A stretch of DNA of 29,263 bases from a virus: positions 1 through 29,263 of the IMG/VR virus record IMGVR_UViG_3300045988_090152. One strand, given 5' to 3'. Positions 16,893 through 27,535 of the stretch are shown here, piece after piece. Below the pieces are notes generated by a model, which was not told the origin of the DNA, did no database searches, and worked only from the letters and a program-made list of their open reading frames with translations. Within the stretch, counting starts at the first letter, position 1. Each line of letters starts with the position of its first letter. Both the position numbers and the translations under genes were made by a program.

Positions 16893-19226
16893 CTAGAATG
16901 AAGCATTAGATTCAGTAACTGCTACCTTAGTTTGAGCTGAAGTAATATCAGATTCAACAACATAACACTTAACTGGATTATTAAGTTCATCAGTCTCTTT
17001 ATTTCCAAGTAAGTTTCGAGTATACTCAACAGGAGCTTGTGTGAGTGCAGATGGTGCTGCTGTTGCAGCTTCACTGCTAGCTCCTCCAGAAGAAGGCAAT
17101 TGTTCATTCTGGATAGCCTTAACATTAGCAAGACCTGCAATAACTGCTGTAGCTGCTGCAATAGGTGCCAGAATAGGACCAACAAACGGAATACCTACCA
17201 TAGACTTATATGCAGATTGAGCAGATGAAATCGTATCAATAATAGCTTGAGTAGTAGCTAATGCTTTATAAGCTTTAAATGATCTTTCTCTTTGTTTCTC
17301 AGATTTAGAATCATCACTTGCTTCTTGTTTAAATACATTTGCTAAAGCTCCAGATAAAGATGATGCAACATTCATTGTAGCTTGTATAGCTTGCTGTTTC
17401 TTTGCTTGTCTATCTTTAAATGCTTGTAAATCTGCTTCTTCTCGCTCATTTCTAGCTTGGTCTATTGCAATGTTATTTGCTTCCTGTTGAAGTTTAATAG
17501 CCTGAGATTGATTTGCATACTCCTGTTCTGTAATAAGCTTATTGTTATACTGCTCATTAAGAATCTGCTGTTGCTGATTCATCAACTCATTCTCTCTATC
17601 AATTCTTTCTTTAGTGAGATTATAGATTTGCTCATTATATGCAATAGTGTCTTGGAATTGTTTATTTACATCTTCTCCAGACTGATAGAAATCAGTAGAA
17701 CGAAATTGTCTAACTTGAGTTTCATAACTTCCAGACATTCCTGCATTTAAAGCAGCTTCTTTATTTGCAAATAACTGAGACTCTCTAGATTGCATCTCTT
17801 GTAAAGCTGCAAGTCTATTTTCTAAATCAGTACGATAACGTTCATTATTGTTATCTAACCATTCTTTATCATAGGCATCATTTATTTGCTTTAATCTCTT
17901 TCTATATTCCTCAACTGTTATAAGCTCTTTATCTTTAGCTGTTTTAAGAGCATCTAATTGATTTTGATATTTGGTATTTAATTCATCTAACTCTCTAGCT
18001 TCATCATCTAATAGCAGTTTTCTATTCTCTTCATAGAAATCATTGATAACCTTCAGTAAATCAGCGTTACGTTTCTTTGCATCTTCAATATTCTTTAGAT
18101 AGTTAGCCTTAGCCTCTTCTCTGGCTTTACGCTCTGCAGAGATTTCCATCAGTTTAATCTTTTCATAAGTTTCTGAAGTTTTCTGCATTAAACTATTTCT
18201 CTTCTCTATATATGCATTGTAGATACCAGAAGCTTCGTCGTAAGCAGCTCTTTGATCATCATTTAACTTACTTAAAAAGAAATCAACTTCATTAGAACTA
18301 GTTTTTAATCCTCATTGTATAGCTTGTGAATACTCCTCCCAAGTGTCATATCCAGATTTCTTAAACTCTTTTCTGAAGTATTTATTACTCTTAAGTATAT
18401 CTGTAAATGAATCATTATATGCTTTAGTTACACTTCCAAATTGCTGGAATAATTTAGCATCTAATTCACCTAATGCTTGAGCATAATCCTTTCAGATTTG
18501 TATTTCATTCTTTTTACCTTCAGCTAAATCTCTTTCTCTCTGTCTTTCTAATCCTGCAATTTCTGTATTAGCTTGTGCATAGCTAGTTCCTCATTGGTCT
18601 GTTATGTCTTTTAACCCTGAAATACTAATTTTTAAATCATCAACTCCAGATGCTGCTTTGATTGCAAAGTCTACTAACATTCCTAATGCTACTACTAATG
18701 CTCCAATACCTGTTGATATAATAGCAGTTCGTAGCACTCCCATCGCAACAGATAAACCTCCAGTAGCAGTCGTAGCACCAGCCATCGCAACAGATAAAGC
18801 CTTAAATGATTTTACTCCATTAAGAATACCTTCACCTAAACCCTTTAATCCTCCAATTCCTTGAACTATAGCAATAGCTGCTTGAAGCTTAACCATAGTT
18901 TTCTGGAGATTCTCTGTATCTCTTCCAAATAAAGTAAATGCAGCACTTACAGCCGAAACTCCACCTGCAAGACCGCCAGCTACTTGGTTAATACTATCAA
19001 AAGCTTTAACTGCATTTACAGTCTTACCTTGCATAGATTCAGTAGCTACATTAAGCTTGTTTTGTGCACTTACAAGCTCTTCAAGTTTTTTGGAATAGTC
19101 AGAACTACCAATTTCCAATGATTCAAGTTCGTCAGTCAAGCCAGCTACTTGTTCTCGTAGCTGCTTGATTGACTTTGTACTTTTAGTAGTATCTATATCT
19201 ATTACCTTTTTAATTTCTTCAGCCAT
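16893..19226 (-). CDS. tape-measure-like protein (777 aa, three TGA-Trp)
   Basis: Track ORFs 18591-19226 and 16893-18188 are in the same frame. The 402-nt gap translates cleanly with TGA at 18591, 18492 and 18312. Long coiled-coil stretches plus Gly/Ala-rich hydrophobic segments (GGLAGGVSAVSAAFTLFG, ISTGIGALVVALGMLV, VGIPFVGPILAPIAAATAVIAGLANV). TAG stop. Confidence 0.7.
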
Positions 19227-19228
19227 AT

Positions 19229-22200
19229 TTAAATAGTAATATTTTTAATAGTATCTGCATTTAAAGTAAGTTCTTCCTCATATTTAACAACACTTGATAA
19301 TTGTACTTCAAAATGGAATGGAACTCCTTTTTGAACATATAAATAGTACTCTCCAGTTGTTGCATCACAATATGTACTATCTACAAAGTTGTCATTATCT
19401 ACATAGATATAAGGTTGTACATCTAATACTTTACCATCTGCATCTGTTACTTTTCCAGAAAGCTTTACTGATTTAGATGGATCAGGAGTTTGATAAAAAT
19501 ATACTTGTCCTAATCTTTCATAAATATCAGATTGAGCTACTAAACTTAAATAGAAGTTATCTTCAATATATTTAGGATTTTCATTATATTCAATAGTCAT
19601 AGTACTAATTCCAGGTAATCCTTCCATTGGTGAAATATTTGTAATCTTCAAATTATTATACCAACTAACTTTCCAAGGAACATTAGATTCTATAGTTACA
19701 ACTTTACTTCCAGCTTCATACCCTACAGTAACTTCTGGGTCACTTACTTCTATGTATTTACCTAAAGTAGATACTCCTCCTATATAATTATTGATGTCTT
19801 GAACTCTTATAAATTCACATCTGGTAGTTGCATCAGAATTAACATCATAAGCATCTATTTTATTTAATACCCAATAACTATCTTCAAAATAATAAAATTG
19901 TCTTAACATATCAAAGTTTACTTGTAAATCATTTAATTTTACAAAACAAGTAACTTTCTTAGTATTAACATCAAATTGATCAGTATAGAACTCTTTCCAG
20001 AATTGAGAATAAATAACACTTTGTTCTGGATATGCAATTTTATCTATATAAATTTCTCTTGGTAATCCAAAATCCCAACTAGATATTACATAATTACTTG
20101 ATATATTATATCTTATGAATTGTGGTAAAGAGGTTCTTTTAATTGCAATCTTAGCACCAGCTTCATTAGTTTCTCTAGTAGTATATAAATAGCAAGGTTC
20201 AGAATCATTTAATACAGACATTTCTGTAACATCATCAGTAATCCAATATGTAATAGGATTTCCATCAATATCTTTCATCTCTACATTGCCATTATAGAAC
20301 AGTAATGTCGATTTAATTTCTTCTAAACTTTGCTCATCATTATCTAATGAATAGAAACAAGTCTTTGCAAATATATCATTACCAGGAACATCCCACCACT
20401 CTGTAGTCTTAGATGAATCAATGAAATTTACTCCATAAAGATCCTGATCGTTTGTTTTTCTTTCAGTAGATGTAGAATGGAATAATTGATAAGTAATATT
20501 ATCATTTAAGAAGCAAGGAACAGGTGAACTTGAACTATTAAAATAGTTTCTATAATACTTATCTACATCTCTTGCAGATATTACATTTTCATATAAGTTA
20601 TCTGAGTATAAATCTGTATTATCACTATTAAAATTATATCCTGTATCTAATCTCTGTTGCCCATAAGTTATATCATACTGTTTATTATATTTCTTTGCAT
20701 AATACGTCTCAGGAGCTTCTTGTTTCATAGTATATCACTTCTTATCAAATAATAATGGATTAACTGAAAAATCTTTTGAATAATCAATTCGTTTAGACCA
20801 ATCTGTTATCTTATTTTTAAAGAAGTTGTTTCTGGTAAATATTCTAATGGTTTTGGAATCTATATCTTTAATAAAATATAATCCAAACATTTTAGCATAG
20901 CTAAGTAAATAATCCGCAGGTGTAGATTCTGTCTTTAAAAGCTTCTGCTTAGTAATAAGAGCATCAGATGTTACAGCCGATGGCCAACTTGCAATTAATG
21001 TATATTGATCTGAATCATATAAAAATTCAGATCATCCTGCTACTCTTGATGCAGTAACATTATTTGGGTTCATATTATCTGAAATCCATAAAGCATCTTG
21101 ATTATAGAGACTTTCTGTTCTTCTGGCAAATTGAATTGACACCCTTATCTTATTTACTTTTGGCATATCTTTAACTACAAATCTAAAGGTATTGCTTCCC
21201 GTATCACTTTTAAAATAGTACCTCTGCCCACTATCTTTAACAAAATGGCCATAAATAGCCTCAACAGGAGCATCAGTAAGAGGATAATAATTAAACCAAG
21301 TAGATGGTCCAGCTTGAACTTGAGTATTAATCTTATTTGTAAAATTATACAATGGAGAATATGCTATAGGTTTAGATGGAACAGATTCATCATCGGCATT
21401 ATATACAAGTATCTGAACAGTTAAAGATGTTCTATACGGATCATTATGATACTCAGTATTTCCCATTTTTCCATTGCGTACATATGATAAATAAAGATTA
21501 TTTGCAGAGGAACTAGCATTAGCATTGAAGAACACCTGAAAATCCATTGAGATATTTACTAAAGTATTAGCAGGTGTTGCAGATAAATCAATAATATTTC
21601 CTTCTCCAGGAACTATTACCTCGCTGCCATCAACAGAAGTATATCCTCAATTATATGAAGTTGTTGTTCCTCCAGGTTTTAATCCTACCCACCAGTTATC
21701 TGCTCCATATTTAATAAGCTTTGCGTTCTCTTTAATAGAATCTGATTCTTCATCTTCACTACTTCCAAGCAAGGGAAGAGCTACAAATGATTTACTCCAA
21801 TAAGGATTTGCATAATTAAAGAAGTAATCATCAAATATTACATCATATCCAGAATTCTCTTTTCTACAAATAGTTTCTATAAGCTTAGAAAGTTTTAACA
21901 CTGGTCTTTGCATATAACTGCGTAAGTCTCTTATTTCCCATTCTGTATAAGCTCTATTTAATTGTGCTAAAGCATAACCATTATATGGAGTATATGTTGT
22001 TCCTCCATCGCTTGCAGATTTGGGAAATAGAGTGTCTCCTGCTGTATTTATTAAACAAGTTTCATTGTCAAAATTCTCATATAAACCATTATATGCAGGA
22101 ATAAATCCAACAAAGCTATCTAATGTAGTAAAGTCGCTATTCCAATAATTATTAAATGATTTATTTACAAAATCTTTATTAATATAAAAATCCATTTCAG

Positions 22201-22678
22201 TATCAGCAGGTAAAACATTACCTTCCTCATCTGTAATAAAGTATTGTAAATCAGCAAGAGTTCTTAATGATCCATCTTCTTTATATTTAAGCCCATAGAA
22301 GAAATCTCCTAAGCCTCCATATAAAGTAATGTTATATGTAATGACCTTCTGTTTAATTTGTATGGTATTTAATTGCATATAACCAGATTCTATTAAATCT
22401 CCATTATCATAGATTCCAAAACCAACTCGTTTTGAAGGATTGAAATTAATACCGCTAAACTGACCGTCTTCAATATGTTGTAATCTATCTAATTTATAGA
22501 TTTCTCCAAATATCTTATTATTATTTTTGGTACCAGGTATAGAAATCGTCTTACTAAACGAGTTCTTGACTATAGTGGGGTTTTGGAAATCCTCAACTGT
22601 ATAAGTTATAGGAAGACTAATTCCCTCACTACAGTCAACCTCTTTATTTGCAATAAATAGTTTTATATTCTTTCTCAT
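19229..22678 (-). CDS. very large virion protein, tail-tip/baseplate candidate (1149 aa, three TGA-Trp)
   Basis: Track ORFs 21647-22678, 21032-21547 and 19229-20728 are all in one frame. Both gaps were translated by hand with no TAA/TAG. TGA at 21647, 21032 and 20735. N-terminus MRKNIKLFIANKEVDCSEGISLPITYTVEDFQNPTIVKNSFSKTISIPGT. Confidence 0.6.
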
Positions 22679-22679
22679 T

Positions 22680-24884
22680 TTATTTTCTATATTTATCTTG
22701 AGAACTTTGTACTTCTATAGTATAATAAAACATATTTTTACCCTGATTACTATATGTCTTATACTCACAACTATTATTAGTAATTATTACAGGAATAATC
22801 TTATTATCCTCCAGATTATGTAAATATACCATAGTAGATTCTAATAAATGGTGCATCTTTGATGCTTGAGTATTTGTAAGATAATTAGTATATAAAGTCC
22901 ATTCTGGAACTATAGTGTTTAAATACTTATTTTTACTAAACTGAGAAGTGGTATTTAATACCTTTCTTACATAAGTCTGAGATTCAATTTGATCCGTTTG
23001 TTTAACATTACCTTGTACTAATAAACTATCCCATCCTCCATAAGCATTAGTATAATATAATACATAATTCTTATTAGTAGTATCAATCTGATAATTAATA
23101 GTTGTAGTAAAAGAGCCAGATTCAACAAATCCTATTTCATATTTACTCTTGCATTCCAAAAGTAAATTACCTAAAGGTTCTGCATAAGTATAACCATTAA
23201 TTCCTTGTCTTAATGTAATATCTACAGTAGTTGCTACTCCTTCAGGTGTAGTATAACGTCTATTAAGCACACCTTCACCAGTTGGGAATATCCAACTACA
23301 TAATACATACTGTCTTGAATCAACTAAAGTGTCAATAGGATCACTTAAGAAATAAGGCTTAGTTAAATCTGTATCTTTATAAGACCAATCATTAAAGAAT
23401 GTTACAGGCTTTTCACTACCGCTTGAAGTTATTAATGTAAAGGTTTTTAAATAGTTAGGTATAATTTCTGTCTTTCCAAAAGATGGAAATATAATGCCGT
23501 TATCTAAAAAGTCTTCAGATACATCATTAAGTAAAAATTGTACTCCTGTAGTATCAGGATATTTATAAGCTTTACCAGCATAAATAGTATCTCCTGCATA
23601 ATCAAGATGATATTCTATAAAATCATTTAAAGTTTCCTCTTCTCATATATAATCTTTCCATATTGGAGATATATCTGCTTTAACCTCTTGTACAATATTA
23701 AATGAAGTATTTATAACACTAGAGCCATTTTTTACTACTGTAACTCCGACTGTTGCTTTTCTTGAAGCATTACCTGTATTTTCTGTAGCATCAAAATTGA
23801 TACTTACAATATTCATACCTCCTGGAGTTCCTCTTTCTATTACTAACTCCATTTTACTTAACCAAGTCTGAGCATCTGCTGGAATTGCAAATACTACATC
23901 ATCTAAATTATCTGAGCCTGTACCATCTATCTTATATCTTCCTGCTGTATATCCAATACTAACACTGGACTTTAAAGATAAAGAAGTAGCTAACTTAGTA
24001 ATTGGAACTGTAGCATTTAATGTATATCCTCCAGAAGTTGTTGCAGTAACTAATGCAGCATAATTTTTAATACTGGTTGTAGCATTATCAGGAAAGCTAA
24101 TATTAAAGGTATTTAATGCAGTATTTTTTCCTATTCCAATACTTCCTGGACAATTAATATCAAATTCAGTAATTGCTTCATCTGTTACTGTAGTTGACAA
24201 TTGAAATTGTCCTGTAGTATTAGATGCAGCTCCATAAGTTCCAGATGATGGATTAACTATTAACTTCAAATCTTCTGGAATATCACTCTTTTCAATAGTA
24301 AAGCCATAACTATAAGAAATAAACTTATTAGTTTCATAATAAGCTCCTAATTGAATAGTTCCAGTAAGATTAGTATTTCATTGAGTATTAGCATCTACTG
24401 TAATCTTAAACTTAATAGAGCAGGAATCCCATTCTAATACCTCAACACTTACTAAAGCAGTAGCATTTACTACATCACAAGTTCATTTAATAATATCTGT
24501 TCTACTTAATATATATTCAACAGTATAAGTACCTCCAGTATTGGGCACTGTTATACTGCCATTTGCAGGATAATATCCAGGGGCTTTACTATGAAGATAA
24601 ACTGGCATAGTATCTTCCAATAAAGCAGTAGTATGTCCTCTTGGATAGAATCTGAATATTGTAGAAGAGTCTGTTGTAATCGTTGAGGGATTTCTAAAGT
24701 TAATAGTACAACCACTTGTACTTGCATTAGAAATAGTAACATCTAATGGACCCTCTTCTGAATAGTCATCTCCTCATAACCAATAATCATATACTCCTGT
24801 AAGACCCCATCCTGGATTTTCCCATTTAACAGGATATGTTCCTGTACTTCTTGGTATTCCTAATTTACTTGGTATAAATGTCAT
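22680..24884 (-). CDS. large virion protein with BACON/Ig-like central domain (734 aa, four TGA-Trp)
   Basis: ATG 24884 (MTFIPSKLGIPRSTGTYPVKWENPGWGLTGVYDYWL-W-GDDY...). TGA at 24774, 24483, 24378 and 23643. Joins track ORFs 23643-24269 and 22680-23270 in frame. The segment ...QTWLSKMELVIERGTPGGMNIVSINFDATENTGNASRKATVGVTVVKNGSS...IVQE resembles the BACON signature (W.L ... N.g..sR.a.v.v ... Q). Confidence 0.65.
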
Positions 24885-24886
24885 TT

Positions 24887-25366
24887 TTAAAAGTCTTTAA
24901 ATACATTATTAACTTGCGTTTCTAAATCTTTTGTAATTGCATCATCTAACAATGCAACAGCCGAAAGCTCATCTAAAGATTCTTCTAATATACGCTTTCC
25001 TTGTGTTCCTTGTAAATGAATCTTTCTTGCAACTAAGTATGCAAGTTGATCTGTAGATGGAAGTTTACCTCCATAAGGTCTTGGTAATACAGGTTTAGTT
25101 CTTACCCAATTCTTTATTTCACTAATAGGTGGAAATTTACCTGGAGATCTACCTTCTTCCAAATACTTTCAGTAATCTTGAATTTGTAAGCTGACTTCAT
25201 AAGATCCATCTTGATCCTCAACAATATAGTTTAAAGTATTACCTAATGTACCTGTATCATCAGCATTATTCTGTAATAACTTCTGTCTATATATTGAAGT
25301 CAATTGACTTCCATATTGTCTTAGTACTCCTTCAAGATTAGGGAATTTTAAATCTTGACTTGTCAT
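24887..25366 (-). CDS. virion morphogenesis/tail-completion-like protein (159 aa, one TGA-Trp)
   Basis: Track ORFs 25169-25366 and 24887-25162 are in the same frame: ...SLQIQDY-W-KYLEEGRSPGKFPPISEIKNWV... Loosely reminiscent of HK97 gp10-type proteins (Y..E.G). First gene after the terminator and element C. Confidence 0.55.
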
Positions 25367-25406
25367 TTTTTATAAAATATATTGTTCTGAATATTAGTAG
25401 CTATAC

Positions 25407-25446
25407 AAAAAAGCAAGGGAGATTTTTACTCCCTTGCAACTTTTTT
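25407..25446. terminator. rho-independent terminator (hairpin flanked by A6 and T6)
   Basis: 9-bp stem GCAAGGGAG (25413-25421) / CTCCCTTGC (25429-25437), 7-nt loop. On the minus strand it is followed directly by TTTTTT (25412-25407). Confidence 0.7.
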
Positions 25447-25483
25447 ATATTATCTTAGTACCAAATATGAGTAAAAAGGTTAC
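25436..25483 (-). repeat. 48-nt conserved intergenic element, copy C
   Basis: Minus strand: GTAACCTTTTTACTCATATTTGGTACTAAGATAATATAAAAAAGTTGC. Its distal arm runs into the terminator stem. The TAA of the -1 frame ORF (25486-25488) sits 2 nt upstream. Confidence 0.7.
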
Positions 25484-25485
25484 AG

Positions 25486-25803
25486 TTAGTGTCTCCTCTT
25501 TCACTCTTCTATTTGTCTTTTTTCTTCATTTCCTTTATCTATTAGATAACATATAATATTAAGAAACTCTTGAATATACATATCATAGACTTGATGCCAA
25601 TTTAATCTTGTAACTTCACTAACTCTGTCTATTCAACAAACCCAGTTCCATTTTGCACCAAACTCACTGTTTTCCGAGACTGAACGATCATCTTCCTTAA
25701 TTGATACTTCTTCACTGGATCTTTCTCCTTCTTCAGCATCTTCTTCATCTCCCTTATTGAAGAGATTAGGGTACTGACTGTTAATGCTGCTAATAGATTG
25801 CAA
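25486..25803 (-). CDS. -1 frame extension ORF (105 codons, no start codon), candidate frameshift product C-terminus
   Basis: Open from the T9 run to TAA 25486-25488 when TGA 25633 and 25501 are read as Trp. Upstream, the -1 frame has TAA twice within about 20 codons and no ATG. Translation: LQSISSINSQYPNLFNKGDEEDAEEGERSSEEVSIKEDDRSVSENSEFGAKWNWVCWIDRVSEVTRLNWHQVYDMYIQEFLNIICYLIDKGNEEKRQIEEWKRRH. Confidence 0.5.
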
Positions 25804-26288
25804 AAAAAAACCATAATGTCATTTATGACAGTAATTGGAATTTTATCATATAACTTATCTGCCAATTCAATTAAATCATAGCCTTCATTATATTTCTTAC
25901 CTTTTGGAATTAAGAAGCATAAAAAGATATATTTAAAATTCTTTTGGTAGTCTTTATAAAAGTTCTGAAAATCTATATATTGAGCAGCAGTCATCTGCCT
26001 AATATTTAATTGTACAGTATATTTATCTCCAGCAATAGTATATTCAGTTTCTGGAGCCTTAGCTTTGTATTTATTGATTATAAATTGAACTTTATTAAGT
26101 TCTACAGCTAGTTCATCTAACCCTATACTCAAAAGAGTATCTCTTGTTTTATCTGGATCATCTGAAAGTAATGCACATATCTCAATACTTCTATCTAAAT
26201 CAGTCATCTTTGCATTACTGTTTATAAACTCCATTAGAGCTTCATATTGTTTAAGACTTACGTCTTCCCATTTAGTTGCTATATTCAT
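25629..26288 (-). CDS. chaperone-like protein, zero-frame product (219 aa)
   Basis: ATG 26288-26286 overlaps the terL TAA (TAATG). TAG stop at 25629-25631. The segment LNIRQMTAAQYIDFQNFYKD loosely recalls tail-assembly-chaperone families (recollection only). Contains the T9 run at 25810-25802. Confidence 0.55.
   Translation of the reverse strand: MNIATKWEDVSLKQYEALMEFINSNAKMTDLDRSIEICALLSDDPDKTRDTLLSIGLDELAVELNKVQFIINKYKAKAPETEYTIAGDKYTVQLNIRQMTAAQYIDFQNFYKDYQKNFKYIFLCFLIPKGKKYNEGYDLIELADKLYDKIPITVINDIMVFFCNLLAALTVSTLISSIREMKKMLKKEKDPVKKYQLRKMIVQSRKTVSLVQNGTGFVE
25802..25811 (-). other. slippery homopolymer (G TTT TTT TTT, U9) in X XXY YYZ register
   Basis: Plus-strand A9 at 25802-25810. 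Zero-frame codons are GTT TTT TTT TGC. Confidence 0.6.
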
Positions 26289-27535
26289 TATTTAATTGCA
26301 ATATTATAAGTTCCTTTATTTGTATTTAAAGCATCATAAGCTAACATTAAAGATATACAAGTATCATCATTAAATCCAGATGGAGCATTATATGATACAT
26401 TTCCAGTCTTTGGATTATAACTGGCTTCATATAGTCTTAATTCATTTAATAGTTTATCATCCTTTAAAATACCAATCTTTTCATTTTCTAATGCAGCTTG
26501 TAGCTTATTTACAATAGCTGCCTTAGACTTATTAGTAGTTAAAAACTTAACTATCCGTAATTTAGGATTCCTTTTTACAAGAATATCATAAAACACTGAA
26601 CCTATTGAGTTTTGTTCGACTTGAACTATCTTTATAAATCCCTGATACTCAGTAAATATATTTGTCAGTAAATCAACTTGTTCTGTTGGAGTTTTGTCGT
26701 TAAAATACTTTATAAAGACCATCTGCCCATTTTCATTTAAAGCTGTAATACAAGTATAGTCTTTACCAGAACCAGTAGCCCAGTCAACTCCAATATAAAG
26801 ATTATGATATTCAGGTTTTTTATCAATTATGCAGTTAGATATATTATTAAAGAGACAACCATCATCATCTGCAAACTCCCCAAGATATTCAGTTCTAAAT
26901 TTATTTTTAGAGGTTGTAAGGCGATACATTTCAAGTTTATCCTCACTCAATAGCATAGAGGTATCTTCTAATGCTCAATCAAAGGATTGATAATATTTGC
27001 TAAAATTGCCATCAAAGCCTTTTTTAAAGCATTCATAAAAGAATCCTTCTCTAAACCTTGGAGTACTAATTATAAGTATCGGAGCATTCCATACATCAGT
27101 GGTAGGCTTAATAATTTCAAATACTTCATCTTTAAGATAAGCTGCCTCATCAAGTACTAATAATCCACTAACGGAGAATCCTCGTAATGAATCCATTTGT
27201 TCTCCAGATCTAAATAGTATAGAACTGCCATTATTAAACTCTAATTCTAATAAGGTTTCATTCTTTCTTCTTAATATATCAGAGTCTATAACAGCTTGTA
27301 CAAGTTCTTTAAATACCTTTCTAGATTGTCCAAGAGTTGGTTCAACTATACAATTAACACTCCCAGGATAATTTATAGCGAATCTCAATAATTCATTTTC
27401 TGCCAAGAACGATTTACCTACCTGCCTCTTTGCTTTAATTGTAAAGATTTTACCAGACCTATATGAGTCATTCATAGCAGTATGTACCTTTAATTGATAG
27501 ATAAATGGGCTATATCCTTTATATATTTTTGTCAT
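26288..27535 (-). CDS. terL: terminase large subunit (one TGA-Trp at the ATPase/nuclease junction)
   Basis: Track ORF 26975-27571 has Walker A KAKRQVGKS and Walker B LLVLDEAAY. Track ORF 26288-26956 has nuclease-type IGVDWATGSGKDYT ... SGFNDDTC. The two are in the same frame and joined by TGA 26975-26977 (...YYQSFD-W-ALEDTSMLLSEDK...). Start taken at ATG 27535 (MTKIYKGY, 17-nt overlap with terS); ATG 27571 is an alternative. Confidence 0.85.

Noticed and set aside
16893-16895. TAG also reassigned (table 15-like). The same test applies at 2614, 7366 and 25629.
   Set aside because: Each TAG is followed in frame by TAA within 1-10 codons and then by an intergenic element or terminator. No ORF continues beyond it, so TAG behaves as a true stop.
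16922-17185. Minus-strand 87-aa track ORF, out of frame within the tape-measure-like gene
   Set aside because: Its Leu/Gln-rich low-complexity sequence is the shifted frame of the Ala/Gln-rich coiled coil. There is no independent support.
24551-24742. Minus-strand 63-aa track ORF
   Set aside because: It is out of frame inside the 734-aa protein, whose own frame reads cleanly from ATG 24884 with TGA as Trp.
815-25483. The three 48-nt elements as a CRISPR array or transposon ends
   Set aside because: The copies are separated by about 16 kb and 8.5 kb, are not regularly spaced, and no cas, transposase or integrase gene is present. No target-site duplications are evident.
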